DNA from: Heterodontus francisci
Taxonomy: Eukaryota
Direction of reading: 5' to 3'
Assembly (NCBI RefSeq): GCF_036365525.1
Contig: NC_090394.1
Span: 30,319,612-30,383,611 of the forward strand
Length of the DNA stretch: 64,000 nucleotides
The position numbers were made by a program, and so were the translations under genes. How positions within the stretch are numbered: the stretch's first letter is position 1; each line of letters begins with the position of its first letter. The notes below the pieces were generated by a model, which was given only the letters and a program-made list of their open reading frames with translations, searched no databases and was not told the DNA's origin. Below are positions 10,422-22,287 of the stretch, in pieces.

Positions 10422-10669
10422 AAGATCATAGAGTATTGTAGCACAGGAGGCCATTCAGTCCATCATGCCAGCTCTTTGACAGAGCTATCCAATTGGTCCC
10501 ACTCCCCTGCTTTACCCCTGCAAATGCTTCCTTTTAATTCCTTTTCAGAAGTTATTGCTGCATCTGTTTCTACTGCCATCAGTTTCAGGCAGTGCATTCC
10601 AAATCATCATTATTCACTGCATCAAAAAAGTTCTCCTAACCTGCCCTCACTCAGCCGGTTTACTTAGTG

Positions 10670-10895
10670 AATAACTGACCTATACAGACCAGGAAGGTCC
10701 CAGATTCCATCTCTGGTCTGTGCTGAGTTTTATCTGAGCCAAGGGCAGCAAAAGGGGCCCGACCTCAGTGTCCCTGGGTTCAGGAAGGCAAAGCCACCCA
10801 GAAGTCATGCTCCTGATTGTCCAATGAGTCCTGCCGGAAGTGCATGTATGTGAATGTCTTAAGTGTAGGATCTGGCCAGAGTGGATGCTCTTCAT
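10670..10895 (+). mobile_element. LF-SINE-like element
   Basis: AGACCAGGAAGGTCCCAG.TTC.ATC.CTGGTCTGTGCTGAG...CCTCAGTG.CCCTGGGTT...CTCCTGAT matches the LF-SINE head and body as I recall it. Confidence 0.65.
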
Positions 10896-10907
10896 AGTTA
10901 AATAACT

Positions 10908-11370
10908 CGTGTCAACTATGGCTCAGTGGATAGTGCATTCGCCTGTCAGTTTGTGAATTCAAGCCCCGCTCCAGAGACTTGAGCACATAATATAGGCTAA
11001 CACTTAAGTGCAATACTGAGGAAAAACTGTAATGTTGGAGGTGCTGCCTTTTGGATGAGACATTAAACTCAGGCTTTTTCTGTCTTTTTAGATGGACATG
11101 AAAGATCCCATGGCACTGTTTTGAAGAAGAGCAGATGCATTCCTCCCTAGTGCCCTGGCCAATATTTATCCTTCGACTAACATTACTAAAACTGGTTATC
11201 TGGCCATTTATCATATTGCTGTTTGTGGGACCTTGCTGTATGGAAATTGGCTGCCGTGATACCTACATTACAACAGTGACTGCACTTCAAAAGTACTTCA
11301 TTGGCTGAAAAGCACCTTGGCATGTCCTGAGATCATGAAAGGCGCTATATAAATACAAGCTTCTTCTTTT
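10908..11370 (+). mobile_element. tRNA-derived DeuSINE (SacSINE1-like), full length
   Basis: A-box TGGCTCAGTGG, B-box-like ATTCAAGCC, Deu domain AAAGATCCCATGGCACT..TTGAAGAAGAGCAG, tail GAAAGGCGCTATATAAAT. Confidence 0.85.
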
Positions 11371-11992
11371 TACTGAGTCACATTAAAAAAAAAGGCCCCT
11401 TGTGCAAGTTGCTGCAAAGGAACTGGCATTATGGAGAAAATTAGCGAGAATTAATTTAATTAAGGTCCCATTATCCTGACTAAATACATTTGGCTAAAAA
11501 TGCAAAATAAAAGGAAAAGATTAAGACTCTCCCTTTCCTCAACATCTGTAAATTAAAACAAAATTAATATAAGCCCCATGTAATTAGAAATGTGTCTATG
11601 ATATGCTAACAGTTTACTTTAACCTACGGTGTGCCTAAGATATTTGTCTTAGTGGAACTGCAGTATTAATGTAGAAATTTCTGAGAAAAGAATTGGTGCT
11701 TGAAGGAAATTAAAGGCTTTATTTCAGTTCTGGGTTCTGATCACTAAGAAGCTTGAATGACTTATGAATATAATTGAATTGCAGAATTTACTTCACACGA
11801 GCATCTTTTATTTTGTATAATCAATAGTGACATTGTTTTAAGATTTGTAAGTCATTACACCTGTGGTTTTGCAGCGAGCTGTTTAATTCCAATAACTAAA
11901 ACGAATGCTACATGAAATCCTGTATACGGTATAGTAGCCTGCAGAATAGTAGTTGCGTGGTCATTGAGAAGGTTGATTGGCCTGTATCCATA

Positions 11993-12332
11993 AACAACAA
12001 CTTGCATTTATATAGTGTCTTTAATGTAGTAAAATGTCCCAAAGCTCTCTGCAGGAGCATTATGAGCTAACTTTCAATTGAGCCACATAAAGGGTACTTG
12101 GAAATGTGGCGAAAAGCTTGGTCAAAGGGGTGGGTTTTAAGGAGCATTGTAAAGGAGGAGGGAGATTGTTCACAGAGGCAAGAAGATTTAGGGAAGGAAT
12201 TCCAGAACTTAGGGCCATGGCAGCTGAAGGCATGGGTGTGCAAGAGACCCACATTGGAGGAGTGGAGAGATTTCGGCGTGTTGTTGGGCTGGAGGAAGTT
12301 ACAGAGATAGGGAAAGGCAAGGCCATGAAGGA
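11993..12332 (-). mobile_element. L2-type LINE 3' end
   Basis: Minus frame AFSCHGPKFWNSFP...LLKTH; tail ...TATATAAATGCAAGTTGTTGTT. Confidence 0.75.
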
Positions 12333-13070
12333 ATAGAGTTTTAGGCTCTTGCCAGATAAATTTCATTCACAATTACAGCAATAATTAGCTTCCAAAAACA
12401 AGCATGCACTTTCTGTGAACTGAAACTTGGCCTTATACACACAGTATCCAGGACAGCAGCCTCCAGGCAAACAGTGAACCCCTTTTTCCATAACAGATCT
12501 CAATGGTATGGTATGGATTGCGCACTGTTTTTCTTCAGCCTTCTGATTGATGGTAAACACCATTTAAAAGACCATACGACTCAAGCTGCAAACTATGAAT
12601 CAAATGTACTAAAGATAATAAACACCGGGAAGAGTGGAAACCCCACCAGTGAATTTAGATACTTGGCTTAATTTACAGGCTCAGAAATTCCTTTGGGAAG
12701 TGATCAGTGGGATTGTGTCAGTTAATTACCTCTGCTGCTGACCGTGCTGGTATACCAAGGTCAATGGAAGGTTATTTAAATATGGACAGTAGTCACCCAC
12801 CCTACCATATGTGATTCTTCTGCTATGTCCCAGGATAGGGTAAAGCATGTTTGCCCCCACCCCACCCCTAAGAAACTTAAAATATCACCCTCTGGTGCCC
12901 CCCTTTTTATGGGAGTCACAATAAACAAACAAAAGTCAATGATCCTAAATCTTAATGTCCATGCCATTCCCTGGACCCCAAGGCAGAACATTGAGAACGC
13001 TGGTATGTCTCTTCCCACTGGGTGCACTGGCCTTCAAAGATGCACTATCTCCTCATTGACAAAACTCAGG

Positions 13071-13325
13071 TGTCCTGGGTTTCATTGTGTTATCTTAAGC
13101 AACACAATGGAGTGCATGGATTTCAGTTCATTGAAGATCTCAAAGTTTTATTAACAGCTAAAGTAGTATTTTCAATAGAAAGAAAACTATTTACAGGACC
13201 TTTGTCTAGGGTGTTACAGTTGCAGAGTGACTATGGCTTCTAGTCACATGACAACATCCTGGTACTTAGCTCATTAGCATACTGAGTTCTTAAAGGGATA
13301 TCACTCTTAAGGCGATTATACAACA
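13071..13325 (-). repeat. 3' LTR of the Gypsy element
   Basis: TG...CA; abutted by the polypurine tract (minus strand GGAAAGAAAGGGGA, 13326-13339); minus-strand AATAAA near 13150. Confidence 0.9.
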
Positions 13326-13478
13326 TCCCCTTTCTTTCCAAAGATAAGTCTCGTATGCTACAAGTAAAAACGCATAAAATTGGATAATATCAAAATTAGT
13401 TATAAGGGTAGAGATTATAAAATTTATAAGGATAGGGATTGTGACATTTACGAGTGCAAAAGCTTAAGAGTCCATATA

Positions 13479-16209
13479 TCATTTTGGTGGTTTGACAACT
13501 CTTCCAGATCTTGTTATGGTAAAACCTTCTGGGGATGTGGATTTCACCCTTGCCTGTTTTTGGTTTGCAGACATGTTGTCAATGTGTTGGTTGTTGTCCT
13601 GTTGTTCCATCACACTCTCATCATCAGAGTGTGTTCTTTTGAGTCCGCTGTGCGCAATCGGAGTATTGCACACTTCTCTTAATTGGCTTTGGTTCCTCCA
13701 CGATACTGCTCCGTTAGATGCTGTAACCTCGTAGGACCTAACTCACTGCACACTTTGGATACCTCTGCGGGTAACCATGTTCTCATTATGGGGTGTATGA
13801 CCCTGACCTTTTGTCTTGCGTGTCGCTGAGGTAGTTCTGCCCCTGCATGTCAGTCATGCACCATCTTCATTCTCCCTTGTTTTCCGAGCAATGTCTCCTG
13901 CATCTTGGAGAATTTGGACAGATGATGGCTTGGCAGAATCGTTCTTACTTGTCTGTAAAACTTAATCTCCATTGGTGACGGTAAACCCATATCCATAGGT
14001 GTAGCTCTGAGGTGTAGCACCACAACACAAAAATCTTGTTTTGTTGTCCTACACTTCAGGATTAGTGGTTTAACTGTATGAACCATTCACTCGGCAAAAC
14101 CATTAGATCTAGGGTAATGCGGTGAGGACGTCACATCATTTACGCCCCATTTGGCGCACACATCCCAGAAAGGTTTGCCCGTTTACTGTGGCCCATTGTC
14201 AGAAATAATTTCTTCAGGTGCACCGAATAGACTGAATATGGCACTCAATGTGTCTGTGACGACTGCGCTTGAAGTGTCTTTTACCTGTCTGACACTTGGA
14301 AATTTGGAGAAATAGTCGGTGATTAAGACAAAGTCGTCTCCATTCATAGAAAATAGATCAGTGGCGATTTTGGACCAAGGGAATAGAGGTTCTTTACATT
14401 GTTGTGGCTGGTGGCTCTGGCATGTCTCGCACATGCTCACTAAATTTTTGATGTCACTGTTGATCCCTGGTCAATAAACAGTGTCTCATGCCAGTCGTCT
14501 CATTCGCTCTATGCCCATATGGCCTTGGTGAAGTTGTGACAAGATGTCCTGTCTGAGAGCATTTGTCACAATCACTTGTTTTCCTTTGAAGGTGACTCCT
14601 CTTGAGATACCAAATCCATCTCCATAAGGTCTGTGGGTTTCTGGAACCTCTTTTACCGTATCAGGCCAACCTTCTACGATGTGCCTTGTGGGTCATTGGC
14701 TGTTTCTGATTGTAGTTGGCTACATTTTTGCTTACCAAAATGCAATAAATTGATTTTGAGCATATCTTCCACCTCAATGTCCATGCTGCCTACTTGTAGA
14801 TCCAGTGGAACTTCTTCATTCTTGTTCAGGTTTGGCACTCAGCTCACCGTATCCGAGGTGACCATTTTGTACCTGGTTTGTAGCAGACATCGACGCTGTA
14901 CCCCTATACTTTTACTAAGAGTCGCTGTAGTCAAGGTGGCGCGCTTGTCAATGGTTTGTGCCAGATCATCTCCAGTAGTTTGTGGTTGATTTTCACAGTG
15001 AACCGCTTACCGAACAGGTAGGTGTGGAACCTTGTGATCCCAAACACCAGAGTAAATGTTTCACGTTCTATGTTTGAGTAATTGGATTGTGCTGAGGATA
15101 AACATTTGGATCCGAATGCAATTGGTTTGCCATCCTGCAGGGTGCACGCTTCTAGCCCTTTTTGTGAGGGGTTGACTTCCAGGATTGTCGTCTTCCTTGG
15201 GTCGTAGTACTGCAGGGCACAGCTTTCTGCTGACCATGCTTGTTTGAGAGACTGAAACATATGCCGATGGTCCACCTGCCATACAAATGGTACGTCTTTC
15301 TTTAAGAGCTCTCTCAGTGTTAATGCTTTGTCAGAAAAATTTGGAATGCATGGTACCAAGAAGATGAAAAATCCAAGACATCTCTGGAGGTCTTCCTTGT
15401 CTTCTAGAGTAGGCATATGCCTTACATCTTCGACTTTGCCTGGGTCAGGATGGATTCCACAAACTGATAGATGGAGCCAAAAAAATTAATCTGACTTGCA
15501 TTCACCTGGCACTTCTTGCTGTTAAAAATGAGCCCTTCGCAACGAGTTACTGACATCAGTGAACGAAGATTTCGATCATGCTCTTCTTTGGTTTTGCCCA
15601 TTACCGCAATATCATCGGCAATGCATATACAGCCAGGCATGTTTTCTATAATCTATCCATATGCTGCTGAAATAGATCTTGACTGACAGATAAGCCAAAG
15701 GGTAGTCTCTGGAAGCAATATCTTCCAAATGGTGTTCTGAAGGTGGTGACTTCTTGAGATTGCTTAGCTATGTGTACTGACCAATATCCATGTTTAGCAA
15801 CCAACTTGGAGAAGAATTTGGCTCCCGTGAACTTGGGATACAATTCCTCTAGTGTTGGGATCTTGGGACATTTTTTTATGGAGAGGTTTAGATGCCTTGG
15901 ATCTCGACATATCCTGATTGCTCCATCCTCCTTTAGTAGGCACATAATTGAGCTGCACCAGTCTGTGTGATGATGCACATGGCGGATGGTGCCATTGCAT
16001 TCCATGTCATCCAACTCGCATTTAAGCTTTTCTTGTATGTGCATGCTGCACTTTCTGGGAAGGTCAATTGATCGAATTGCATCCTGTTTGAGGTGCAGTA
16101 CGGCATCGCCTTTGAAATCTCCTATGGCGTAGAACCTGTCCAGGTACATTTGTTGTAGGTTATGGACTGATTCAATGCAGAGAACCTTGGTGTCTTCTGC
16201 TGTAATGAT
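13479..16209 (-). pseudogene. Gypsy pol remnant: RT, RNase H, integrase
   Basis: FRTPFGRYCFQRLPFGLS and IADDI (RT); NYSNIERE..LVFGITRFHTYLFG (RH); PWSKIATDLF..DYFSKF..IISDNGPQ (IN); C-terminal ITRSGRVVKPP. Many stops and frameshifts. Confidence 0.92.
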
Positions 16210-16237
16210 TCTTATAAAATGACTCTCTAATCACAAT

Positions 16238-16322
16238 TGGGTTGTGGAGTTCTACTAGTCCTGGTGCGGCCACTGTGTGAGCTACGCGCCCACCTGGAAG
16301 GTGCTGGCCAGGGACGTGAAAG
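16238..16322 (+). pseudogene. QSOX-like (sulfhydryl oxidase) thioredoxin-domain exon fragment
   Basis: Translates [27 protein letters not shown], close to QSOX2 ([24 protein letters not shown]) and QSOX1 ([24 protein letters not shown]); in-frame TAG at 16256; AAAG|GT at 16322/16323. Confidence 0.75.
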
Positions 16323-16549
16323 GTGGCCCGAGTGCCCATGAGGCGGTCATCGAGGCTCAGGGCCTCAATGCGGACTCAATGCTACCTCAGTCGGACTTCC
16401 ACCGTCACAGCTGGGAGCCAGAAAAGGAGCTCCACCGTGAGCTGGATGGCGAGCACGAGCGCAGCGCCAGCCTGGAGCACGCCGACATCGAGGAGGCTGT
16501 GCAGGCTGTGGGCTGGCCCGCTTGCCAGGGTCATGACCCCCGCCGGATG

Positions 16550-16737
16550 CCTCTTCCCTCCCCCCTCGCACCCCTTCCACCTTTCCCCCGAGAATCCCCT
16601 TCCCCCTCCCCCACTCGAACCCCTTTCCCCCACCCCGTCCTCCCTTGCACCCTCTCACCCCCTTCCCCCCTCACCCCCTCACCCTCGCATCCCCTTCCCA
16701 GCTCCCTCCCCCCCCACACACCTCCCCTCACCCCTCC
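16550..16737. repeat. C-rich low-complexity tract
   Basis: Runs of CCCC separated by T or A; G-rich on the minus strand. Confidence 0.85.
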
Positions 16738-16739
16738 AT

Positions 16740-19700
16740 GAAATCACACAGCTTACTTGCTAGGGCCCCTGCTCAGGGATGGGAGCTAACAACACCACTG
16801 CTTTGTGGGCATCTCAGGAGAGACCAAGGCTAAGGGAGTAAACCCTAACAGAAAATCCGGAGTGGAACCCCGAAGGTGATCATGTGTCACCTTTGGCATG
16901 TTTCCGGCAGTTCCTGCAGCCATACCGGTGCCAAACGTCATGCTCTGCACTCCTTTGGATCCCACCAGGAAGGCCAAGAGGGGGGGTTTTGGCGCTTGGG
17001 CAACTCACAACCTCCATACATCTGCCCAAGCATGCACCATGGAGAGGTCACTCCATAGTCGCCTCACAGTGACCAAAACAACATGGAAGACAGCTTATAA
17101 ATCCAGCTCAATTGGCGTAGAGATTGGGCGCCACGGATTGCCTTTGTCAGTGGGAGATGTCATCGCATCTCACTGGACAGCTACCGCCCACGTCAAATGG
17201 GTCAGTAAGGTTCTGTCCCGCCACCGTCCACCTGCTTCAATGGGTGCTTGGAGCTCAGGATCATTGCCCAACAAGTGGACTGCAACACCGCACTAAACAG
17301 CATGACAAAAAAAAAAGAAAGATACCAGCCCTTCGTTTTGCAAGCTGGAACATCAGAACTATGTGTCCTGGCCTGTCGGAAGATCCTACACAAATCAACG
17401 ATTCTTGGAAAACCGCCATCATTAACAACGAGCTCAGTAGACTCGATGTGGACATTGCGGCACTTCAGGAGACTCGCCTCCCTGTGAGCGGGTCTCTAAG
17501 AAAGCAAGACTACACCTTCTTCTGGCAGGGTAGGGATCCTGAAGAATCAAGACGGCATGGAGTGGGCTTCGCCATCAGAAACTCTATGCTCAGCATGATA
17601 GAGCCATCTTCAAATGACTCAGAACGCATACTGTCCATCCGACTGCTCACCGCCTCTAGTACAGTACATCATACATTCCAGTACACCTACTCAGCATCTA
17701 TGCTCCAACACTCTGCTCCCCACCTGAAGTTAAAGACCAGTTCTATGAGGAACTCCATAATATCATTAGTAGCATCCCCAACACCTATTCCTGCTGGGGG
17801 ACTTTAATGCCAGGGTTGGGGCCGACCATGACTCATGACCCCCCTGCCTTGGGCGCTATGGATTGGAAGGATGAATGAGAATAGACAGAGACTGCTGAAG
17901 TTGTGTACCTATCACAACCTCTGCATCACCAACTCATTTTTTCACAATAAACCCTGTCACCAGGTTTCATGGAGGCACCCAAGATCATGTCGTTGGCACC
18001 AGCTGGACCACATCGTCACAAGGCGAGCCTCTTTAAACAGTGTCCAAATCACACGCAGCTTCCACAGTGCGGACTGCGACAGCGGCCACTCCCTGGTGTG
18101 CAGCAAAGTTAGACTCAAACCAAAGAAGTTACATCACTCCAGGCAGAAGGCCCACCCGCACATCAACACTAACAGAATTTCTTATCCACAGCTGTTACAT
18201 AAGTTTCTAAATTCGAATTGAAAAAGCCCTTCAAAACACCCCTGCAGGGGATGCAGAGACCAAGTGGGCCCACATCAGAGACGCCATCTATGACTCAGCA
18301 ATGACCACCTATGGCAAACATGAGAAGCAGAATGCTGACTGGTTTCAATATCACTTTGAAGAGCTGGAACCTGTCACAGCCGCTAAGTGCATCGCAATGT
18401 TGAACTGCAAAGCCGCCAGCGAGTTAACATCCGTAGCACTTAAAGTAGCCAGAAGCGCTGCACGAAGAACAGCCAGGCGCTGTGCAAATGACTACTGGCA
18501 ACACCTATGCAGTTGTATTCAGCTGGCCTCCGACACCAGAAACATCAGAGGAATGTATGATGGCATTGAGAGCTTTTGGGCCAACCATCAAGAAGATCGC
18601 CCCCCTCAAGTCTAAATCAGGGGAAATGATCACTGACCAACGCAAGAAAATGGACCGCTGGGTGGAACACTGCCTGGAACTGTACTCCAGGGAAAATGTT
18701 GTCACTGAAACCGCCCTCAATGCAGCCCAGTCTCTGCCAGTCATGGATGAGCTGGATGAACAGCCAACAAAATCGGAACTCAGTGATGCCAATGCTTCTC
18801 TAGCCAGTGGAAAGGCCCCTGGGAAGGACGGCATTACATCTGAAATAATCAAGAGAACCAAGCCTGCTATACTCTCAGCACTCCATGAACTGCTTTGCCT
18901 GTGCTGGGATGAGGGAGCAGTACCACAGGACATGCGCGATGCCAATATCATCACCCTCTATAAGAACAAGGGTGACCACGGTGACTGCAACAACTACCGT
19001 GGAATGTCCCTGCTCAGCATAGTGGGGAAAGTCTTTTGCTCGAGTCGTTTTAAACAGACTCCAGAAGCTGGCTGAGCATGTCAACCCTGAGGCACAGTGC
19101 GGCTTTCGAGCAGAGACATCCACCATTGACATGCTGTTCTCCCTTCGCCAGCAACAGGAGAAATGCCGCGAACAACAGATGCCCCTCTACGTTGCTTTCA
19201 TAGATCTCACCAAAGCCTTTGACCTTGTCAGCAGACGTGGTCTCTTCAGACTACCAACAATGATTGGATGTCCACCAAAGCTACTAAGTATCATCACCTC
19301 ATTCCATGACAATATGAAAGGCACAATTCAGCATAGAGGTGCTTCATCAGATGCCTTTCCTATCCTGAGTGGCGTGAAACAGGGCTGTGTTCTCGCACAG
19401 ACACTGTTTGGGATCTTCTCCCTGCTGCTCTCACATGCGTTCGTCTTCAGAAGAAAGAGTTTTTTCTCCACACAAGATCAGATGGCCGTCTTAAAGCGAA
19501 GACCAAAGTATGGAAGGTCCTCATCAAGGAACTCCTCTTTGCTGACGATGCTGCATTAACATCCCACACAGAAGAGTGTATGCAGAGACTCATCGACAGG
19601 ATTGCGGCTGCCTGCGATGAATTTGGCCTAACCATCAGCCTCAAGAAAATGAACATCATGGGACAGGACTTCAGAAATGCTCCATCCATCATTATCGGCG

Positions 19701-20527
19701 ACCACGCTCTGGAAGTGGTTCAAGAGTTCACCTACCTAGGCTCAACTATCACCAGTAACCTGTCTCTCGATGCAGAAATCAACAAGTGCATGGGAAAGGC
19801 GTCCGCTGCTATGTCCAGACTGGCCAAGAGAGTGTGGGAAAATGGAACAAGGAACACAAAAGTCTGAGTGTATCAAGCTTGTGTCCTCAGTGCCTTGCTC
19901 TACGGCAGCGAGGCCTGGACAACGTATGTCAGCCAAGAGCGACGTCTCAATTCATTCCATCTTTGCTGCCTCCGGAGAATCCTTGGCATCAGGTGGCAGG
20001 ACTGTATCTCCAACGCAGAAGTCCTCGAGGCGGCCAACATCCCCAGTATATACACCCTACTGAGCCAGCGGCGCTTGAGATGACTTGGCCACGTGAGCCG
20101 CATGGAAGATGTAGGATCCTCAAGGACGCATTGTACAGCGAGCTTGTCACTGGTATCAGACTCACCGGCCGTCCATGTCTCCACTTTAAAGACGTCTGCT
20201 AACGCGACATGAAGTCCTGTGACACTGACCACAAGTTGTGGGAGTCAGTTGCCAGTGATCGCCAGAGTTGGCGGACAGCCATAAAGGCGGGGCTAAAGAG
20301 TTGCGAGTCGAAGAGACTTAGCAGTTGGCAGGAAAAAAGACAGAAGCACAAGGAGAGAGCCAACTGTGTAACAGCCCCGACAACCAATTTTATCTGCAGT
20401 GCCTGTGGAAGAGTCTGTCACTCTAGAATTGACCTTTATAGCCACTCCGGGCGTTGCATCACAAACCACTGACCACCTCTAGGTGCTTACCCATTGTCTC
20501 TCGAGACAAGAAGTCCAAAGGAGAAGT
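16740..20527 (+). mobile_element. Near-full-length RTE LINE (APE plus RT), inactivated
   Basis: 5' UTR; APE (FASWNIRTM, DIAALQETR, GDFNA); RT (YVAFIDLTKAFD, GVKQGCVL, FADD); C-terminal zinc finger (CSACGRVCHSRI.LYSH); 3' end TGTCTCTCGAGACAAG..AAAGGAGAAG; several frameshifts. Confidence 0.93.
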
Positions 20528-21136
20528 AGTACTGATGAACTATTGATTCCTGTGGCTATTGCCTTTTGGACATCAATTCCAGGCAGTGAATTCTAAAATT
20601 CACTCTTACCTGGAGCTGATTTTCTAGCAGTTTCCATATCTTTGTGGGATCTTTCTGGTCCTCTTCAGATAAGCCAGAGCTATTGATTCTGTGTAACTCT
20701 CATTTCCAACTGCTATCAGTATTATCACAGCCTGCTTCTCTGGTTCTACAACTGCTTGGTCTATGAAGCATAACTGCATTCTTTGTTTAAAAAGTTTGAA
20801 CTCGGTAGGATATCAATGGCCTTCCAGTTCATGCTGGGAAACTTGATATCCATCTTTCTGCTGTTCTTTTGCTTTCTGTTCTATATTTAATTTTGTTCAG
20901 CTGTGTGTGTGCCTTCAGCACTGTACTTATGACTTCTTTTTGTGGTTTGAAACTGGTTTTAAAACTTTTTCTGTTAACTCTGCGCTGTATTCCCTTTTCA
21001 GACATTCTCTTTTATTTAGACTAACTGCTTTGATGGAGAATAACAGGTGCTTGACAGTGTTCTCTTTATTTTACTTAAATGGTTGTTCAAGGGTTTTCCC
21101 CTTTGCTTTTTTTTTTGCTAGAGTTTATTTATGTTA

Positions 21137-21560
21137 CATAGAAACATAGAAAATAGGAGCAGGGATATAACATTTGGCCCTTCGAGCCTGCTACGCCATT
21201 CATTATGATCATGGCTGATCATCCAACTCAGTAGCCTTTTCTGGCTTTCGCCCCATACCCTTTGATCCCTTTAGACCCAAGAGCTATATCTAACTCCTTC
21301 ATGAAAACATTCAATGTTTTGCTCTCAACTGCTTTCTGTGGCAGTGAATTCCACAGGCTCACCACTCTTTGGGTGAAGAAATTTCTCCTCATCTCAGTCC
21401 TGAAAGGTTTACCCTGTATCCTAAGACTATGACCCCTGGTTCTGGACTCCCCTACCATCGGGAACACCCTTCCTGCATTTTCCACATCCTTCCTGCATTT
21501 TCCACATCCTTCCTGCATTTTCCACATCCTTCCTGCATCTACCACATTCTTCCTGCATCA
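21137..21560 (-). mobile_element. CR1 LINE 3' end inside the Gypsy 5' region
   Basis: ORF 21228..21545 reads RTRGHSL..RRNFFTQRVVSLWNSLP; (TTTCTATG)n tail; close to 25580-25995. Confidence 0.9.
21469..21558. repeat. 20-bp tandem repeat (CCTTCCTGCATTTTCCACAT) x about 4.5
   Basis: Direct tandem copies at the CR1 truncation point. Confidence 0.9.
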
Positions 21561-22010
21561 TGTTCTTCATAATTGACTCGTTTCATGATTTTTTATCAGC
21601 TTTGGCTGCGTGAATGGAGACTCTGTTGTGTTTGGGGGGTTTCTGCGCCTTTTCCCGACGCCTTCTGTAATGGCGCCGACATCAATCAGCCTGAGCGGAA
21701 TTGGGTTTTCCCTGGGGGTTTTTTCTCTCCCATGGAGCTTTTAAAAAAAAAAAATTACATTTTTTAAGCACTTGCAAGCTTTTTCTTTAAACTGGGATTC
21801 CTCGACCGTCGGCACAATGACTCACCCAATCATAGGGATCGAGTTGCAGCCTGTCATTCAGTGCTCTGTCTCCCACAGCTGGAGAAAAGTTTTTTTTTCT
21901 TCTTTCCGCTGTTTGGGCCAGTATTTCTTCTGAACTTTCTTTTGGCTGTAGGAAGGATCGCTTTCACAGTTGTTTAACCCGTGGTCTTCAAGCTTAGATT
22001 TTGTCTTTTC

Positions 22011-22026
22011 ACCACTGCTGCCACCA
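22011..22026 (-). promoter_or_regulatory. Primer-binding site, tRNA-Leu type
   Basis: Minus strand TGGTGGCAGCAGTGG immediately follows the 5' LTR; complementary to the tRNA-Leu 3' end (...CCACCGCTGCCACCA) with one CpG transition. Confidence 0.8.
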
Positions 22027-22287
22027 TGTCATGGGTTTCATTGTGTTATCTTAAGCAACACAATGAAGTGCGTGGATTCCAGTTCGTTGAAGATCTCTGG
22101 AAGGTTTATTGACAGCGGCAGTAGTATATACAATAGAGAGCAAACTATTTATTTACAGAACCTTTGTCTAAGGTCAAACAGTTGCAGAGTGACTATGGCT
22201 TCTAGTCATATGACTCCATCCTGGTACTTAGCTCATTAGCATGTTGAGTTCTTAAAGGGATATCACTGTTAAGGTGATCATACAACA
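22027..22287 (-). repeat. 5' LTR of the Gypsy element
   Basis: Direct repeat of 13071-13325; TG...CA termini. Confidence 0.9.

Larger units (their letters stand above)
13071..22287 (-). mobile_element. Gypsy/Ty3 LTR retrotransposon (degenerate), with internal RTE, CR1 and host-derived inserts
   Basis: Paired LTRs 13071-13325 and 22027-22287, PPT, tRNA-Leu PBS, RT-RH-IN domain order, imperfect 5-bp TSD TCAGG/GCAGG. Confidence 0.92.

Noticed and set aside
10908-10980. tRNA genes at A/B-box motifs (also 31382, 36905, 40900-40977)
   Set aside because: No cloverleaf forms; each continues into a SINE body and tail.
16277-16741. 154-aa ORF as a functional gene, or this site as the true QSOX locus
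   Set aside because: It starts at GTG downstream of the CGHC, there is an in-frame TAG just upstream, it ends in low-complexity sequence, it sits inside a retrotransposon, and no further QSOX exons were seen.
17655-17690. Small insertion flanked by CAGTACA within the RTE
   Set aside because: Looks like an ordinary repair or slippage indel in a dead element.
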